From the NCBI RefSeq assembly GCF_009914755.1, contig NC_060931.1: DNA of 64,000 nt, one strand, 5' to 3'. Shown here one piece after another: positions 41,971 to 57,200 of this stretch (position 1 is the stretch's first letter; every line of letters starts with the position of its first letter). A program made the translations under genes and the position numbers. The notes beneath the pieces are model-generated. The model was not told the DNA's origin, made no database searches, and saw only the letters and a list, made by a program, of their open reading frames with translations. The DNA is from the human T2T-CHM13v2.0 reference genome, Homo sapiens.

Positions 41971-44849
41971 TATATCTGAGATACATTCGCCAATATCCAA
42001 GGGGGACAAAGAGAGCTCCATACCCCGGGGGAAATGTAGTCCACTGACAATTTGTCCACACAATTAGAATACAAAATAGCACCCTATGCCTCAACTTTTT
42101 TACAGTCAAAGAAAGCATGAGGCATAAATAGTCCTGAAGGGATGTGGAGTCTGTTTGCTCTGCATATGATTTGCATATGCTCCTCTGAAAAGTCACCGGG
42201 CAACCGAGTAATTGTACAGTAATGATGTGGTTAAAAAAACAGATTGATCTACTTTTATTATTATTGTTACAAAATAATACATATATTTTTAAAATTCAAA
42301 CGATACTAAAAGTTACATTCCCTGTCCTACTCCCTGTCACTTATACCATTTCCCAGTTTCTGTTTTTAGTTCTGATGGTTTCCTTTTTGCTCTCCACTGT
42401 GACTGATATACATTTATACTTCTATTTTTTGATGACTCAAGTTTCGATAGTATCTTCTCACTCCCAGTACAAGATATTCAGTACACAAAAGATATCCTTT
42501 TCTCTCCTGAGTTTCATTTTACGTGTGTATGAACACACAAACATGCTAACACACATGCTCACACAATCTTTTAGCTCTTGTATAGGTTCCTGAATTAATT
42601 GTTCAGTAGTATACTAAGCCTCTACTTCTGGTTTCCAATTTAGGCCCTGCATGTTGTCCAACACTAGCCCATCAGTGGGATTGTTTTACATTCAGGGCAG
42701 CTGCACTACTGCCTCCTTGGAGAACAGTGCCTCCTGGAGTTTAGCAGTGCACAGCCCTACAGATTAATGCAGGGGCCCTGATCATATTTGTATTTTGTTC
42801 CTGTATATGTTTAATCAATCTTTAGAATCTCATCTATAGTTGGTTCATTATTGCTGGGAAACAAACGGCATTTACAAAGTCAAATTTTAGTAATGTTATT
42901 CATTATATAAATGAATAGTATCTTTCTCTCCATATCCTTTACAAAGTCTTCAAAAGTTTCTGAAATTTCACTAGGATAAGTTGGTGGATCTTTTTCTCAC
43001 CCATTCAGTACTTTGTGGGCTTTTTCAAATGGCAGATTTGTGTCTTTTTTAAAACTCTGAATAATTTTCTTCTATTACAGCTTTGATAATTTTCATCCCT
43101 CTGTTTTCCCTACTCACTCTTTCTAGAACTTCTTTTTCCATTTTTTAGTGATAAAATACACATACATAAATACTATCTTAACCATTTCTAAGTATGCAAT
43201 TCAGTGGTACTAAATACATTCATAATGTTATGCCACATAACCACCATCCATCTCCATAACTCTTTTCAACTTGTAAAACTGAAACTCTATACCCATTAAG
43301 CAATAACTCCTCATTCCTCCTCCCCCAAACTCCTGGAAACAACTATTCTACTTTCTGTGTTTATGATTTTGAATACTCTAAGTACTTCATGTAAAAGGAA
43401 TCATGCAGCATTTGTGTTTTTGTAATTGGCTTATTTCACTTAGCAGGTCCTCAGGGTTCATCAGTGTTTTAGCATGAATCAGAATTTCCTTCTTTTTAAG
43501 GCTGCATAATAGTCTACTGTATGTATACACCATAGTTACTTATCCACACATCCACTGATGGATACTTGAGTTGCTTCCATGGTTTAGCTACTGTGGATAA
43601 TGCTGCTATGGTCATGAGTGTACAAATATCTCTTAGGGTTCTATCAATTATTTTGGGTATATACTCAGAAGTGGAATTGCTGAATCATATAATGATTCTA
43701 TTTTTAATTTTTTTAGGAATGGCCATACTGTTGTCCACAGTGGCTGTATCACATAAATTCCCATTAATGGTGCAAAGGTTTCAGTTTCTCCACATCCTCA
43801 CCAACATTTGTTATTTTCTGTTTTGTCTTGTTGATATTTGTCATTCTAATGAGTGTGAGGCGTTATCTCATGGTAGTTTTAATTTGCACTTCCCTAATGA
43901 TTAGTGATGCTAAGCATCTGTTCACGTACTTATTGTCCATTTGTATATCTTGTTTGGAGAAATGTCTATTCAAGTACTCTGCTCATTTTTGAATCAGGTT
44001 GTTTGCTTTTTTTGTTGTAAGTTACAGAAGTTTCTATATATTCTAAATATTATATTCTGATAAGGGTATCAGATATATGACTTGAGAATATTTCCTCCCA
44101 TTCTGTGGTTCACATTTTTACTCCATTGCTAGTGTCTTTTGATGTATAAAATTAATTTTAATGAGGTCAATTTGTCTATTATTTCCTTTGCTGTCTGTGC
44201 CTTTGGTGTCAAGTCCAAGAAGTCATTGCCAAGTCCAATGTCATAAAGCTTTTGCTCTATGTTTTCTTCTGAGAGTTTTATTAGTTTAGATCTTACATTT
44301 AGGTCTTTGATGCATTTGCAGTTAATTTTTGTATATAGTGTTGGGTAAGGGCCCAACTTCATTCTTTTGCATGGGAAAATCCAGTTTTCTAAGCACCATT
44401 GTTGAAAAGAGTATTCTTTCTACATTGAATAGTCTTAGCACCTTGTCAAAAATCACTTGATCATATGTGTTAGGGTTTATTTCTGGGCTCTGTATTCTAT
44501 TCCATTAGCCTGTATGTCTGTCTTTTTACCAGTGCCACGCTGTATTGATTTTTGTAGCTTTGTTGTAAGTTTTCCAATAGAAAACTGTGATTTTTCCAGC
44601 TTTGTTCTTCTTCAAGATTGTTTTGTCTATTTGAGGTCCCTTCAGAATTCCATTTGAATTTTTGGATGAGTTTTTCTATTTATGAAAAAAAAAATCATTG
44701 GAATTTTGAAAAACATTGCACTGAATTTTTACATTACTTTGGAGAGCATTGACATCTTAACAATATGAAGTTTTCCAATCTATCCATGAAGATGGGATGT
44801 GTTTTCATGTATTTATGTATTCTTTCTTTCAGCAACATTTTATAGTTTA

Positions 44850-44986
44850 GGCTGGGTGTGGTGGCTCACACCTCTAATGCCAGCACTTTGGGAAAGCAAG
44901 GCGAGAGGATTGCTTGAGATTAGGGGTTCGAGACCAGCCTGGGCAACAGAGCAAGACCTCATCTCTACTTTAAAAAAAAAAAAAAA
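44850..44986 (+). mobile_element. FLAM (Alu monomer)
   Basis: Left monomer only plus A tail; 12-bp TSD ttttatagttta (44838-49 / 44988-99). Confidence 0.9.
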
Positions 44987-46471
44987 GTTTTATAGTTTAA
45001 CTTGGGTAACTGTATAAGTCTTTATGCAACTAATTTTTGCATGTTGGCTTTGTATCCTGCTGCTTTACTATATTCATTTATTAGTTCTAACAGTTTTGTA
45101 TGTGAGGTTAATCTTTAGGGTTTTCTACATATAAGATCATCTCATCTGCAAACAGATAAATTTACTTCTTCCTTCCAACTTGGATGCCTTTAATATTTTC
45201 TCTTCCTACCTAATGCTTTGGCTAGAACTTCCAGTATTGTATTGAATACAAGTGGTGAAAGGACATGCTTGTGTTTTGATCTCAGAGCAAAAGCTTTCAA
45301 CCTTGCACCACGGGGTATAATGATTACTTTGTTTAAATTACGGCTGTTATTATATTGAGGTAGTTTTCTTCTATTCTTAATTTGTTAAGTGTTTTTTGTT
45401 TATCATAAAAGGGTGTTGAAGTTAATGAAATGTTTTGTCTGCATCAATTGAGATAAGTATGTGTTTTTTTCTTCATTCTGTTAATGTGGTATAATGCATC
45501 GATTGATTTTCATGTGTTGAACCATCCTTAGACGCCAGGAATACATTTCACTTGGTTGCTATGTATATAATCCTTTTAATATGCTGCAGATTTTGGTTTG
45601 CTAGTATTTTGTTGAGGATTTTTTAATCAATATTTACAACGGATATTGGTCTGCAGTTTTCTTTCCTTGCAGTCTCTTTGTCTGACTTTAATATCAAGTA
45701 AATGCTGTCCTCCTAAAATTAATTTAGAAGTGTTTCTTTTTCTTCAACTAAAAAAAGTTTGGGAAAGATTGCTATTATTTTTTTCTTTAAATGTTTGGTA
45801 GAATTTGCCTGTGAAGCCATCAGGTCCAGATCTTTTTTTTTTTTTTTTTTTTTTGGTGGGAGATTTTGAATACTGATTTAATATTCTCACAAGTTTCTAT
45901 TCAGATTTTCTATTTCTTCATGATTTAGTCTTGGTAGGTTTCTTCTTGTTGCTAGGAAGTTGTTCTTGTAGGTTATCCAATTTTTTGTAGTATAATTGTT
46001 CATAACACGTTTATAATCCTTTTTATTTCTATAAAGTCAGTAGTAATGTCCCCACTTCTACTTCTGATTTTGGTAATTTGAGTCTTCTCCCTTTTTTCTT
46101 AGTTTATCTAGCCAATGTTTGTCAATTTTATTGATGTTTTTAAGTGATTAACTTTTGATTTCATTGATTTTCACCATTGGTTTTCTATTCTCTATTTTGT
46201 TTATCTCTGCTCTAATCTATTAATTCCTTACTTCTGATAGTTTGGGTTTAATTTATTCTTCTTCTTCTAGTTCTTTAAGTTGTAAAGTTAGGTTGCTGAT
46301 TTGAGATCTTTCTTGTTTTACAGTGTAAGCATATATAACTATAAATTTTTCCCTCAGGATTGCTTTTGCTGTGTCCCCTAAATTTTGGTATGTTGTGTTT
46401 TCACTTTTATTGATCTGTAAGTATTTTCTAATTTCCCTTGTGATTCTTCCTCTCAATAATGAATAAAACTA

Positions 46472-46975
<504 letters not shown>

Positions 46976-48514
46976 TCAATTGTATCTGGGATGTTTTTCA
47001 GGATTCACTACATATTAGGCTACACATTAAGTCTCAATAGACTTAAAAAAATAGATATCTGATTAAATGTCTTCTCTCATCTCTAGAGAATGAAGTTAGA
47101 AATCAATAACAGAAATAAAACTGGAAAATTCCACAGAATTGTGGAAATTAAACAACACCCTCTTAACCAAGATATTGAAGTCTCTATTATTATACTACTA
47201 TATTTCTCCTTTCAATTTTGTCAGTTTTTATTTTATATATTTTCATGATCTGTTATTAGGTGAGTAAATGTTTATAATTGATCTATCTTCTTGCTATACT
47301 AAAACTTTCATTAATATATAATGTTCTTTTGTCCCTTGTAAACTTTTTAAACTTAAAGACTATTTTGTCTGATGTTAGTATAGCCAGACTTTCTCTATGT
47401 TGGTTACTATCTGCATGAAATATCTTTTTCCATCCTTTCACTTCCAATCTATTTGTATCTTTGGATCTAAAGTGAGTCTTTTGTAGACAGCATATATTTG
47501 AATCACGTATTTTATTCATTCTGCCAATCTCTGTCTTTTGATTTGAGAGCTTATGCCACTTACATTTAAAGCAATTACTGTTAAGTAAGCACATACTTCT
47601 GTCATTTTGCTATTTGTTTTCTGTAGGCCTTATAGCATTTTCATCCTTCACATCCTATATCATTATCTTCTTTTGTGTTTATTTTTTTGTAGTGAAACAT
47701 TTAAATTCCTTTCACATTTCTTCTGTTTGTTTTCTATAGCTACATTTTGTGGTTATCATGGGGATTACACTTAAGTTCCTAAAGTTGTAACATTCTAATT
47801 TGAATTTGTTCCAAAGTAACTTCAATAATACACAAAATCTCTGTTCCTTTAACAACTTCATTCTCACCCCTTTCAATTGTTGATGTCACACAATTATGTC
47901 TTTATACATGATGTCCAAAATACATTAATAATTATTTAAATGGTATTAGTCTCTTAAATTATGTTAAAAAATGTGGATTTATAAGTCAAAATTACAATAT
48001 TACCAGCTTTTAGATTATTTTTAATGTATTAGTCTTTTAAACCATGTAGAAAACAAAAGTAATAGACCATTGTGACAATAATATTAGCTTCTATAATTGT
48101 CTATGAATTTACCTTTATTGAGATATGTATTTCTTCATATGGCTTCACATTACTCTCTAGTGTCCTTTTATTTTACCCTGCAGGACACTCCCTTGAGTAT
48201 TTCTTGCAGAGAATATCTAGTTGTAATGAACTCCCTTAGCTTTTCTTTATCTGGGAATGTCTTAACTTCTGCCTTACTTTTGATGGACAATTTTGCTAGA
48301 TATAAGATTCTAGGTTGACCTTTTTTACTTTTACTTTTTGTTTTACTTTTTACTTTTTGTTTTACTTACTTACTCTTACTCTTTGTTTTACTTTTAGCAC
48401 TCTTAATATTTTGGCCCACTGCCGTTGGCCTTCAAATTCTCTCATGACAAATTTGCTCATAATCTTATTGAGTAGCCCTCGTATATGGCAGGTTGCTTTT
48501 CTCTTGCTGCTTTT

Positions 48515-48630
48515 GTTACTACAAAGGCCAGGGATTCGGTCTAGGTCCCATTGCTTGCTGCAAAAGAAAGCCAATCACTGAAACAATTAGTATTGCCAAG
48601 GAAGAAGGCTTTAATCAGGTGCTGCAACCT
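48515..48630 (-). mobile_element. ERV1 LTR terminal fragment (MER51/MER66-type)
   Basis: tgttact...ggattcggtctaggtccc...gaaagccaatcactga...gaagaaggctttaatcaggtgctgca. Confidence 0.6.
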
Positions 48631-49639
48631 GAAACATTAGATTCAAGGCAGCGAATTTTAGAATAAGGGCCTAGACCCAGCCTCTGAGCTTCTCAATAGC
48701 CATTCTGGTGTGTGGCACTCTTTCTTGTCTTACACCCATGTTCAGGTGTACACTGAAGTTGTACAAAATCTGACTCCTCAGTAAATGAGCAAGATGTCAT
48801 AGTCCTCAGGCTGATGATTCCATTTCTTTAGACATATACAATGTGGATTTTAGAGTGAGAGTAAAAAGTCACTGTCACCATTTAATGTACAAAAGGTAAG
48901 ACTTGCAACTGACTTTACTGCTCCACAGACAGTCCTTTGGCCAATCACCATTTTCCTGCCTGGCTTCCCTGCTTGCTCCCCTTAACTGCTCACTCTGAGT
49001 ATGAAAACCCTTCAAAGCTCCACGAAAGAATAGCTACAGCTCAGGGGCAGCCTTCACTACATGTGGACACCTGTGCTTGCAGAATGCAAAAACAATCACT
49101 AGCTGTAACACAACAATGTAGAAACTAAAATAATATATTAATATTAGTTTTAACTGATTGAAGAGCAAAAAAGCTGAAAAGAAAAAGTTTTGCAAGTAGG
49201 TCAAATTATGATGGCTGCCATGACTTTTTAGATAAGAGTCTTTGTTATAGAATAATTATTAAAAAGACATGGATTATAAAGCTTCTGATAGAGTTGGAAA
49301 AAAAAAACCAAATTACCTATTAGAAGGAAAAGTATATGGAGGCTAATCCTGGGGCTCTATGCTAGAAAAATTAATTGTTGTATCTCCAGTAGTTATTTAG
49401 AGAGGATATTTCCTGAGAAAAGTTAAAAAATTTGGAGAATCTCAAATATGGACCTTCACAAGCATGTGACACAGCACAGAGCGTTTGATATGTGTTCTGT
49501 GGAGTTACGAATTTTTGCAGTTGTTCAGTTTGAATTCCTCTGGTTGGATCTCCAGGGACTTTAGACATGGTTGGAATAGATGGTCTTACAGCAATAAAGA
49601 CCTCATCGACAAAGGCCTGTTTGTGCTTTTTTTTCAACA

Positions 49640-50392
49640 AATCTATTTAAGCACAAGTCCTGTCATTATACCCTTTCAAATTCTCTCTAGCCCATCCTCT
49701 CATCTCCATCACATTGTCATTGCCTTAGATCAGACCCTCATCATTTCTCCCTTGGACGATTCCCATAGCCTTCTAATAGGTTTTCTTACCTCCAGACTTG
49801 CCATCCAGTCTATACTCTACACATCACTAGAATGATATGGGTAACAGGAAAACTTGATCATTAAAATTCTTTAATGTCTCCATACTTCTTCAGCAAAATT
49901 CCAAAATCTTTAACATAAACAAATACAACATTATCCCTGACTTAGTCTGCCTACCTCACTAGTCACTTCTTGTACTCCAACCTCCCCAACCCATCTACTT
50001 TGCTTTTCAGTAACACAGAACTATTTGCCACTTCCTTGATGCCACCTAATCCCTTGACTTTATGCATTTGTCTACTTCCATTTTCCACACCCATATCTTT
50101 AAACAGGCTCTCTTCCATCTTCCCAACACCACCTGGGATCATCTCTTCCAGATACCATCCCTAACACTACACTTTCTCACTCAACTGTCCCGCTCCATCC
50201 AGGATTGGTTAGGTGTCCAATTATGTTTTCCACAACACTCCAAATATAATTCTTACCAGCCAGCATGGTTGTGATGTTTCTTCTATACTTTCTCCCCACA
50301 AGAAGAAAGTTTTGTGAGGGTAAGGATCATATTTAATACTTGTATGTTCACCAGAAACTCATCATACAGTTTGGAGATAACATTTGTTGAAG
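49640..50392 (+). mobile_element. L2 3' region
   Basis: Pyrimidine-rich L2 motifs (ccctcatcatttctcccttggac...atagccttctaatagg) ending catttgttgaa. Confidence 0.7.
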
Positions 50393-52499
50393 GAGAGAAG
50401 AAAAGAGGAGAGAGGAATGGAGTGAGGCAGAAAGGAAATGATGACGAGCTACTCTTCAAAATTAAGCTGGATAACAACAAGAAATTCTAGAAAGCAATTG
50501 AGGCAACCTCCACCCTAAGACCCAAGTAAACCCTACATTTAAAGTGCTGTTCTGGGGCACAGTGAAAGATTTCTGCCAGAAAGTTTGCTCCCTAGGATTT
50601 ACATGATGATGAGATTACATGCTGCCTTGTGGCAACAAAATCAAAAGTCTGTAAAAGAAAAAGCGTGCTATGCTTCTGAATGTTTGGAGATCCTACAATA
50701 GATTTTTCATTCAGCTATTTTGTTGCTGCTTCATGAGCACACCTGACAGTCTTGTGGGATAATAGAAATAAACTTCTCATAAACAACGGTCAAATTTTTC
50801 AGATATATATTTTCAACACAGAACTAGCAAAATGTACACAGTGCTAAGTTGTGCCATCTCTGTACTTTACTACGCAAGGCACTTCTTTGATAATGTGCAG
50901 CAGAATAATGTTATAGCAGATTTCACAATGAAATCGTCAATGAATCTTCTTTCAGTCATTTCATTCGGGATCAAATCGGACATATGCAAAGTTCTTAGAA
51001 TCACTTTTGTCAAATGGGGCAAAATTGCAGAGGTCATAGCAAGTAAGGAGCCATCCTCTTTTATAACTGCTATGCCCATCCAACAACCACAGCTTTCTTA
51101 CCAAGATGGTCACCAAGGTCTGCTGCACAGGATTGCATACTCCAGAGCACCCTCCAGTCAGTGCAGACACACCAACCGCTGGTCAGCCTACAGGGGTGGT
51201 GTCTCTGCTTCTTCTGCCCAGGCAAAGCTGATATCATGCTAGAGAAAGGATAAGCCATTGACACCATCCCCAAAGGATCCTTAAGAACTAGCATTGCAAT
51301 TTACATTATTGACCATTCAGTGTTGGTTGGACACATGGTGGTAAATTTAAGAGATCCTACTAGCCAAACAGTCCAAGCCAAGTTGCTCTGGGATAACAAG
51401 GTACTAGCATTGCAACTGGTCTGTGCTGTAACACCAGAAGGAAACTGAGTCTAGGTATGCTGTATCAAAAATCTATGATGATGTCTTCCACGGTATTCTC
51501 TCTCAAGGCCCTTTGTCAAAGAGGTCACTGCTACTAGGCCTTCCATAGGAGTAATTGCAGGTAATTTGGCAAACTAGGTCTTCCTAAGAGGGAGAAACTT
51601 GGGTAGGGAATGTCAAAGTCCATGATTCACATTCTATACCACAATCATGACCAAAGTGATCATAAGATTGGGGTGGCTTGACTTACAGAGGTTGTTAACA
51701 AATGTCCCAAGGTGGTCGCGGAGGCACTTGTCAGAAAAGGTAGTGTTTTTCTTTCAAGAATCAAAAATTGAGCCAATTCAATAGAAACTCCTTGGTTTCA
51801 CTGACCATATTGAAAAACTCCAGAAATTATTCTAAGAAATTCTCCAACCAGTGAATCACATCTGTTGGTTTTAACACCTGAGGCAAACCTTGGCAACCAT
51901 CGGGACACTGTCAAGGATACACTGAAGGAGCGTCTCTACACAGAATTGCAGTAAATCGACTCCTTGCAATTCTGGGGGCAAACAACACAGTTCAAATTTA
52001 TCAAATGTTAATTTTAGAGTTACCACTGGAAAAACTAAAACAACTATCTTATCCAATTGGCACTCTGTATTGTCATCTTTACATCTTTACTGTTAAATCT
52101 TAAATGTTCCTGGTCATATGAAACAATGTTTTCAAAGAATATAGGAACCGTTCTTCATTTTGAAGATGTATTCATTGACTATGTGATAAAGGAAAAGCCT
52201 TCGGGAAATATTCATTGACTATCACATTTAAACCAGTTATGGGTATGGAGGAAAGCAAAAAATGCAAAAGTTAAAAACTTTATATCTCTTTCTAAAGTTA
52301 CCAATATTACTGGTATCCAATCTATCTAAAACAGCATGAATGTAATATATAGTTACCCTACTATAAAGGCCAAGCAAGAATTTTAACCTCTTTGACAGCT
52401 CCTCAATTTCCACCATGTTTTCCACTGCAAAGGTAGTCACTTCTCCACCCATAGCAGTAACACTTTCTGTGGCCCTGACCTCAGTAGGAACAGGACTGC

Positions 52500-52659
52500 T
52501 ATCTAGAAAGACCAGCTCTTGATGTTTGATGTCCGGGCTATACCCCCAAAACAATGAAATCAGCAGTCCTTGTGGTGGGACAAGGAGAGGGCTAGACACC
52601 GAAATGCACCTAAAATTTTCCAGGTGATTCTAATGTGCAACCAGGGTTGATAATCACTG
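52500..52659. mobile_element. MER5 (hAT-Charlie)
   Basis: ccaggtgattctaatgtgcaaccagggttgataatcactg terminus. Confidence 0.7.
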
Positions 52660-52741
52660 GGACAGTCTAACAGGCCCACACCAAACACAGTGAGAGAAGT
52701 AAGCAAAGGGAAATCTATTCCTTGCCCTTAAGAAATTTGCT

Positions 52742-53118
<377 letters not shown>

Positions 53119-53948
53119 CTACAGGCTGCAGTAGGCGTGGTTTAGGCAGCTGTTTGTACCACACTACCCTGCCAACAACATTGATTGAACAGAAGGCTGG
53201 ATATGCAGCACAAGGCAAGATGATCCAATCCCTTTAAATTTGGAATAAAGACCCTAAGTCTAATTCAGATATTTGGGGGATGTTGAGCTGAAGCATAAAA
53301 GCAGAAATGATAAAGAAATTGGAAGAAATTAAAAATTTGGAAGAGAGAAAAGGGAAGAAAATGAAAGTAGACATGCCTAAGAAAGAGTCAGAGGGGTACT
53401 GTATGATCCTGAGAGTCTGAGAGAGCTGCCTAGGCTTCTAAGAGGTTTCCAGTTTACATCATGAAAGGCCCGTTTCTTGGACTTTGTAGGTTTACAATAC
53501 CTTCTCCTTAGTTTGAGACAACTGAGTGGGTCTCTGCCCTTTGCAATAAAAAAGGGTATCCTGTTTACCTTCTGGTTTCCAGTTCAATTCTCACTTGAAT
53601 CCTCCATGTGTTTACCTTGTTTCCGAAAATGATAAGAGCAATGAGAGTTCAGAGAAGTGGGAAACCAAAGGGCGCCGGAGTGGTCTGAGGAGGTTTCACA
53701 AATCATGTGGGGATTGAACTGAATCCCAAAAAATGGAAAGAAGGGAGCTCCCTCACTCCGGGTGAAGGAAAGAGTAGTACAAAATCACAGAGACAGGAGT
53801 GTGCCCAAGGAGACTGGAGTCTACACAGAAGGATGTGGGACGCCAGAAAATTAATTTAACCTGGTGGAGTGAACCTAATGAAAGCTCAGCAACACTAGCT
53901 CCATGCTCCTTCTACTTCTTGACGTATCCTACAGGTAAAAAGTCCTGA

Positions 53949-54297
<349 letters not shown>

Positions 54298-57200
54298 ATA
54301 AACTCTTACATACGTTCCATGTTGCCTCACTACTTTAAGGGAAAACACATTAATAATAACAAACAAAAAGTAATAAACAAGAGAAAAGCATTGATAGCAA
54401 CAAACATAGTTGCTTGCCTGTTTCTGTCAAAAAAATAATTTTGTACACATCAATGGATTCTTATGGCCTGTTTTATTCTTCGCATATTTTGGCAGAAGTT
54501 GGCTGTTGAGAATACATTTTACTTCATTTTTCAAAGTAATTCTTTTTTTAAAAAAAACTCTTTAACTTAGTTGCATAATTACATACGTGACTAGGATAAT
54601 AGTCTATGACCATGATTGGTGAAAAGGTAGTGTATTTTAGTATTAACTACAACTTAAAAACATTATGGGTAAGATTAATTAAATGCTGTGAAATTTGCCA
54701 TAATATTTACCATCAGCTGGAAATAAAGAGAACAGAGTTGTAAGTATTATGCAATCATTTTAATTCAGGCCCATTCCCATAAGTGATACAGACCTGGAAT
54801 TGTAGTGTGAAGTCACAGGCAGGCTGGCACCCAGCCAATACACATCAGCACACCAGCCTAGGACTGTACCATGCCAGTGCTCCAGACTTTGACTTTCATC
54901 CCAACTCACTTCCAGGGACCTTTTCAAAGATATTCAGTAGACAGCCTGTATTTTCTGCATACGCTATACCCGGCCCTCAAGTTACAGACAGCCCAAACTA
55001 AATGGGATCTTGGAGGTTAGTTGACATTTTACCAATGAGACAACTAAGGTAAGATAACTGTTAAGATTAAGGGGAATGCTGAATTTTCATTTTTCTAAAA
55101 CAAACAAACAAAAAAAGTTTCTTCTTCCAGCTAACATCTCAATCACGTACCCAAAATGACTTTTAAAAATTTCACATTCTTTCTACTAAGATGCCAGCGG
55201 CAGCAGCCTACTCCATACGTCAGGCAGTGTTTGTATATATTTCAGCGTATCCAAGCAAGGCCTTTTTAACTTTCCATCCTACAGACGAAGCTGTACTTTC
55301 CTGAATGGCAGCCAGGAAAAAACTTGGGGATTTGGCAGGAAGACTGTGGGAAGCCTGGTGTTCCACCAGGCTGAGATCTGGAGCGGAGCTTTCTACAAAG
55401 ACAGAGGAGCGAAACACCTCCCTTTGTTTAGCTCTTCATAGGAGCACAAATGGAGCCCCCAGATTGTAATCAGGCCCTATTGTATAAACTTGGGGTTTTC
55501 AGGCCATACAGCATTTTTGGCAGCAAATCCCTTATTATTTTTCAGCTGGAAAACCAATTAGCATTCTTTTTATATCTGGGTGTTAATACTTGGGCCTTAG
55601 AGCAATTTTTTGGCCACTGGCCCACATGGCTGTAGTCTCTTGGGCAATGCCTGACAAATTGAGATAAAACTGTTACTTCATGTTTTCCTACAAAGACAAA
55701 ACAAAAACTGTTTCCTGCTCTTATTAATTGGATGAAGTCAATTTCCACATTTAACAAATAAGAAGGTAAGCATAATCAGGGTGTCAACCCACGGCTCTTA
55801 TCTCTCCCCAGGCTGGTTCCTCTGCAGGAATGTGAGGGAGCAAGACTTGTCAGGTTCTGACTAAGCTTTCCTTTTATTGGAAAAATAAAAAGTCCTCCTG
55901 GGCAACAGAGACCTCTGTCAGGTGAACAGGCTGCGACCACCACAAGGTCACCCTTTGGTCTCAGTGGCATTTTTGCTTCACAAGTCTGAGCGATGTGATT
56001 TACCTGAGGGAAAGAATTGTTAGGAGATTCCAGCCATGACAAGTGGATTAGTCATAACAGTCAAGAGGACACTGCCCAGTTTGAGAGGAATAAACAGAGC
56101 CAAACATTTCCCTATCTCGAAAGCATAGCAAAGTCAAGTTCACGCTCCGGGAATGTAGTTTACGATTAGAGAAAGCCATATCTGGGCTGCTGTCTCAGAA
56201 TATCTAAGCGAGTAGAGAAGAGGAGGAAAGGAGTTTGGAATGGCTGTGGGAGGTGCCCATCCTGTTAAGTGTTCCCCTATGGTAAACAACCCCTGCCATG
56301 GCAACACAACTTCATGCTGCAAATCAGAGGAGCGCAGCCCTCCAGCGAGCAGACCACAACTTGGGAAAATCTCCAGGATGATGCAAAATATTTCGAAGGG
56401 AAGTAGTAAAACAAACAGAACGGAAACACAGCCATACAACTGCAGTTTGAAGACAAAAATTTGTTAGGTACAAAAAATAGTTTGGGTGCAATTACAGGAG
56501 CATTTTTGTGTTGCTGGTACTGATTGTACATCTCTTTGATAGAAATGGCCTGAGGGGTTGCTGCTCCCCTTCAAGACTTTCTTTGTAAGTAGTGGGCGGT
56601 GGCATCATTTAAAAAAAATCCACTTGAAAGACTTCTTTAAAGAATTTGTACAGAACATTTTCTTTGCAAGAAAATCTATTCTGAAGCAATATTATTTAAC
56701 AACGGGGCTGTGTTTTGAGTCATATGAAAATTTATTATCCAATTTTTTCTTATTGTTATATTTGCTATCAAGAGCAGAAAATGATCATCTATAATAATTT
56801 AGAGGAGCGACTAAAAATGCCCAATCACGCACAGGAAAAGAAGCACTTGACTTGCATCTCTAGAGCCAGAAATCACCCGATTCTCTATGCAGAGGGTGGC
56901 CATACACCGCAGTTTGCCAGGAGAGTCTCAGTTGACTCTAGTTGTCCAGATTTAATTACCAACAGTGCCTCTTTCACTGACAGAAGTGTTCTGGTTTGGA
57001 TAGTAAATAATTTGGTGACCCTATTGATTCACAGAGCCCAAGAATCTTCTGTCTGCTCCTACTCTCCCCGGGGACATCAGTCTAAGACTCTAAAAATCAG
57101 AACGTAAATGCAAAATGAAAAAGAGTCGGGTGGGGAATTGCTGCCACCTGGTAAAGAAGAAACCTCGACAGTTTGGCTTCACCTAAAGGAAGCATGGAAG

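Noticed and set aside
48318-48398. Repeated ttttac units
   Set aside because: Low-complexity expansion inside L1; no spacer structure, not CRISPR-like.
50832-51242. Longest ORF (136 aa) and similar ORFs at 56715-57107, 17571-17945, 8671-9033
   Set aside because: No recognisable domain or exon context; lengths are compatible with chance in 64 kb.
51814-51954. Protein-like frame ending DTLKERLYTELQ*
   Set aside because: No good acceptor or start codon and no known homologue.
57139-57156. CTCF-like motif ttaccaggtggcagca on the minus strand
   Set aside because: Lacks the near-invariant CC at the start of the core.
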